Origin: Thalia democratica
Taxonomy: Eukaryota
DNA length: 64,000 nucleotides
Direction of reading: 5' to 3'
Assembly (NCBI GenBank): GCA_965202585.1
Contig: OZ241834.1
Location: forward strand, 23,498,001-23,562,000
The notes under the pieces were generated by a model that had not been told where the DNA came from, made no database searches, and saw only the letters and a list, made by a program, of their open reading frames with translations. Of this stretch, positions 59,165-64,000 are shown piece after piece (positions within the stretch are counted from its first letter, which is position 1; each line of letters starts with the position of its first letter). Position numbers and translations under genes: made by a program.

Positions 59165-61934
59165 TCAATGATTGTTGTTTAGTTGAGCTTTTGTGTGGTG
59201 AATTTTCAATCGAAGTCGGTTCTCTAAATCGTAGTCTGTGTATGCCTTTATTACAAATAATCATGTTTAAATGTTATTAAATTTGAAAACATTATTAATT
59301 AAAATTTTGATGATTTTTATGAAACTTCAAGATACAGATTAAAAAGCAAAGATTCTAAAATTTGAGTTTTTTTAACATAATATATAAAATCCAATAGTAA
59401 TAAAATTATACTTACTTACACTGTTAATTAAAACTATTTAAAAAACTCATAAGCTTTTCGGCTGTAAACAGTGAAACTTAAAATTATTTCTATTATTTAA
59501 ACGTACGTTGAATTGTTTAAAACTATTCCAACTGATATAAAACTTACTGCTGCGTCATTAAGTAGATGATTTGCTTTGGAAGGGTCAATATCAATGTAGA
59601 TTGCTGCCAGTTCAAATGTTGAGTATGGAGTCAAATGGGAGTCATTTGTATCATCTTCTTCGGTTAGCTATAAAAAAGAAGTGTTTTGTAAAACTTTTGT
59701 TTTTAAAGATAACAATTAAATAACATCTCAATTTATTGCTAAAGAGATCGATATAATATACTTTTCGAAAAAGATTATACTGATAACTGATGACATACAT
59801 TTTTGAGTGAAACATTGTTTTTAAAATAAAGTCTTAAAATATCGAAAGTAAAAAGAACTATTTTTGTAGAGTGTAAGATACTATTACTTGATAAAAAGAA
59901 AAATTTTTAAAAGAAAATCTCAAAACGTAAAAGTATCATCATTTATAAAAAAAAATTAACAATAACTTACTACAATAGCTTGTTGAAAATGTTGCAAAGA
60001 TTTTTCTGCGTCTGTTACAGTTTTGTACAGTGCTCCCAACACAAAGTGCTTTTGACCTGTTCTTTCTTTCACGTCTATTTTCAGGCATTCTTAAAAAATT
60101 AATAGTGTTTTTTGGAAAACAAATCTGTTTTACAAAACATAAAATAAACATTTTTATTAGTAAAAAACTTTTGAAATTACACAATGTATTTTTTTTATTT
60201 TTGAATGAGCTAACTTCAAAACTTTACCATGCGTTAAGAAAAAGAACAATAAATAATTTTGTTAAAAATAAATTACAAAGTTTGGTAGCAGTATATTTGA
60301 AATGAATGACTTTTTTGTAACTCTAGCCGTTGTAATTTTATGGCACTTTGTTTTTAGATAGTCACGTGTTTAGTCTTTACTAACGTATCCAACCTAAACT
60401 ACTTAGTCAGCATCAGATATAACAGTGTTTCAAAACTCTATAGGCTTAAAGTTACTTAAAGACTTAAGGCGTAAAGAAGAGTCTCAAGTTTTTTACAAAT
60501 AACAGGCTGAGTTTACTAGAAAATATTTTTGGGCTACCGTAATTTATAAGAAAAAAATTAAATGAAAAGCTTAACAAATGATATTTAAATAATCACTTCA
60601 GTTTACTAATAACCCTGAAGAGCATACCTGTAAACATTTATTTTTTATTTATAAGATACTTTCTCTTACAAGTATTAATAAAGTTTTTTAAAACAAGTTG
60701 TTTTTAGGCTAAAAATACGTGGCGGATGAGATATACCTGTTTGGAAAGCCAGCGTACCCTGGTGCAAAGTAACAGCAGGTGTAGGAACGAGTGCAAGTAG
60801 ATTTGTCAAAAAAATAACTTTTAAAAATTGTTGAAAAAACCATAAGTTAAATAACCCTAAGTAGATCTGCTTTTCAAACTTTGATTAAAAATTACTAGCT
60901 TTTAAGTACAAGTATTTAAAAATAATCAAATTAAAGCTCACTAAAAGTGTATGTGTATACACATTCAATATATTTCTTTTTACATAGGTGAGCAAAAAAT
61001 ATTTATTATACAATCAGTTTAAGAGAAATTTGTGTGCAATACAACATAATTTACTAGATAATTGTATAAGGATTTTTTTGATAAAAAAACCTTTCAATAT
61101 TTTGATATACAGTGTTTACTTATGTTTAGATCAGATTGTAAACGTCTCGTTTAAAGTATGAAAAAAGATAAGGTCTTATTTATTTTAAAATCAGTTTGTA
61201 TCTACTTACGGTTGATTCAATAAAACTGCATTGAAATCCTTACCTTCAATTAACTTTACAGCCGTTTCATTATCAAAGTCGCTCAGAATATTAGAAAGAT
61301 ACAAAAACTCAACAAAGTTCAAAAGAACGATGTCACGGGTTATTTCATTGGTAATCAAGCTTTGAGTCTGTAAAAAGTATTGTTGCAATAACATATTGAC
61401 ATAAAATATTTATGAAAAACATTAACAGTTTCTATCTTTAATAATACAATAAATGTAAATACCTACCTTACGCTCAATGTAGTAGAACTCCATAGCTTTT
61501 AACTGAATGTTTTTTGTTCTTAATTGGTTAATTTCTTCAATAAGTTTTGAGTAATTACCATTCATTCCGTATACAACTGCAAATGATTAAGAAATATAAT
61601 AAAGAATAGTTAACACAAATTTAATCTATAGATGTACTAACGTATTTTCAGATAGTTATACCACTGATAGTACAAAGTATCTTCAAATTTTAGTCTGTGT
61701 GAAAAAATATTTTATTTGGTGTTTTGAAATCATAAGTAAAAATAAACTAAACGAACTAAATTGCAAACAACAAAAGTAATAAATTCCTGAGTTAAAATAT
61801 GACAACAATGTTTAAAAGATAATAAAAACAGTTACACAATTTTTATTAGCTTTTTGGTTAAGTAAATGTGATTTACGTACCTAAAATATACAAAACTTTT
61901 ACTTTTTAGAATTTTTTTTTTCCAAACAACCAAC
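59165..61934 (-). CDS. TTC39C: TTC39C-like (IML2/TTC39 TPR family) gene, 3' exons; 5' part not resolved
   Basis: Exons 61934-61881, 61694-61642, 61576-61467, 61367-61244, 60089-59971, 59667-59548 and 59245-59165 chain in phase. They give ...RLKFEDTLYYQWYNYLKILVYGMNG...VEFLYLSN...GQKHFVLGALYK...LQHFQQAI...HLTPYSTFELA...YTDYDLENRLRLKIH...*, which matches TTC39C (RLKNES..YYAYL, IEVLYLW, LLLGAIHK, PYACYELG, FSGYDFENRLHVRIH). Confidence 0.8.
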
Positions 61935-64000
61935 CTACGAATGGAAATAAGAATAAACAATTTATAACGATTAGAGTTTTTTATAATACAAAGTTTCTTA
62001 TAGTTTAAATTAATTAAAATTTCTTTGAAAGCTCTTGAAATTGTTTTATGATATCCCGAAAATGTTCATGGAGTTTAAAAAAATACTAAAATGAGGTATA
62101 CTATTAAAAATAATTTAAAACAAAGTACAATTTAATTTATTCTCAATTATTAATCTCCTTCGCTCAACTTGAAAAAGTTAATTGTTTGATTTATAAATAC
62201 AATCATAATCTTACTATAATTATTATAATGAATGTCAGGAATACTAAACTAACTACTCAAATTACAATTCAATTTTTTTTGAATTTGTAATTAAGTTTAA
62301 TTTCCAATATTTAGCTTTGCAAATTAGAGTTTTGTTGAAAGATAAAGTTAATTAATTCTAAATGAAATATCTTATAGAGTTTCTTTAACTCAAAGAAAAC
62401 GTTTAGCTAGCATAACATGCAAGTCAATCTGTTATTAAAATCTCACTAATATTCAATTTTCACCACCAGTTTGTAAAACTGGCTCTAAAAGATCTTATCC
62501 AAAAATTTCAAATTGATTATACTATTGAGAATTATGGGTATATATAAAAAGTGTTTATGCTAAATCTATGAAAATTTAAATGACGTCACTAGCAAGCTCA
62601 AAAGTATAAATTTTTACTTGATTTTTAGAACATTTAGGTTCAATTTAACTCAATTTATTAGTGAGGCGAATCAACTTTTCTAGAAAAAGTTGTTCACTGT
62701 AAAGAAAACAACTGTTTAAAATAATTGTGGCTATCAATAAAAATACTTTTTAAACAAAAAATAGTGATAAATTATGAAAAAAACAAAGCGCTAGTATTAA
62801 TTAAACAAAAGCCTAATTATGTAAATTTTTACCACAAAAACTGTTTTTGTTGCTTTTAAAAAGTATGTTTCTAGCTGAAATATAAATCGCGGGCCGTAGA
62901 AATTTACTTTTTTGACCTCTGTGCTGATAGATTTGTTTCAATTTTTAGATTTTTTATTTGAACCTTTAAAAGATTCAACGCCTAACCTTGGTAAGAATAT
63001 GCTTCTTTCTATTATTTAAAAGTTTAATTATCTTAATAGACATCTATTCAAATAGAAGCATCTTATTTTAAAGGCATTTAACTACTTATCATTGATATTT
63101 AAACGGAAATAATTTTTATATATTTCAAACTAAAAAACCCCTGTATTTTTATTTACTTTATAACTGAAGAACTATTTAAAAACCTTTTTGTCCATCTAAC
63201 TTTTTGCTTTGTTTCCTTGTATATTCACCTTCTTTATAAATTATTAACGTATTTCTTTACAATTTTTAACTAAATTTTACAATTATATTCGTAAGAAAAT
63301 AATTGTAGTTCGTAGCTTTAATAAGTAGCTAATAGACATAATGTTTTATGACATTTCATACCACACCTAATGGATTAAACAAATAGTTAAACTAGTTTGC
63401 AATTATTTCTTAATACCAGTACTCTGCTACACAATAGCAAAAAGTGCAGTCGGATGTGCAGCAGTGCAAAATCAACAGCTTCAACCTATGCTGTGTTCAT
63501 CGCGTCATAAGAACTATAACAAAATATTATTAATGAAAAAGTGTTGAAACGTACTGGTCTGACTACCTTGTACCTTACTCCAGCAAGCGCAGGTATCGCT
63601 CGCTTGGTCAGGTTTTGAATGGGGCAAATAGCGAAAATAAAATATCTGCTTTATAGCAAGTTGATCGTTGGCAGACGCAACTACATTACTTTTAAAAGAC
63701 GTCTGCAAGCTTGCTAAGGACCGCTAAAAATGGCAATCTGCTATCTACAAAAGGCTTAAAGAAAGATAAAAGCAACGTTTAAGAAACCCATGTAGACGAA
63801 GAAATCCGATTAAGGTGAATTTTGTTTATTAAAATTACTCTTTTAATAGTTTTGTTTCATCTGCGTGTTTATCTATTTTTAGTGCTGTTTATTATACGAA
63901 AGTACATAACTATTTTTTAAGTACAACACGCAAAGCAATCTATAACAATAACAGTTTTAATCAAAAGTTTTTTAAATACATAGTTCGAATTGAACTCATT

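Noticed and set aside
59787-59822. CTGATGA...GAAAC hammerhead-like motif
   Set aside because: Stem II cannot close (C opposite T) and stem I pairing is negligible.

Overview
AT-rich metazoan (invertebrate-like) genomic window with spliceosomal introns and many small DNA transposons. No prokaryotic features, CRISPR array or tRNA/rRNA genes were found. Seven protein-coding genes were reconstructed by hand from splice sites and reading frames. On +: the last three exons of an OXSR1/STK39 (fray)-type kinase (3561-4665), an intronless MRPL15 (20202-21044), a C7orf50-like WKF-domain protein 240 nt downstream (21285-22583), and a ~2500-aa ERICH3-like protein carrying ~39 copies of a 46-aa repeat and a C-terminal RNI-type LRR domain (39672-47938). 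On -: a six-exon secreted single-domain BPI/LBP-like gene that the ORF track misses (26000-29276), a PA28/PSME3-like proteasome activator (30981-34006), and the 3' exons of a TTC39C-like gene (59165-61934). Mobile DNA includes several hAT-like, pogo-like and Helentron-like non-autonomous elements. It also includes a young, 5'-truncated Penelope-like retroelement with inverted terminal repeats, each containing a minimal hammerhead ribozyme. The most notable observations are the ERICH3-repeat-LRR fusion, the hidden BPI-like gene, a duplicated exon start in the kinase that differs only at synonymous sites, the Penelope/ribozyme structure, an operon-like MRPL15-C7orf50 pair, and a TIR family with 6-bp target duplications. 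Family assignments rest on recalled motifs and hand translation; no database search was run.
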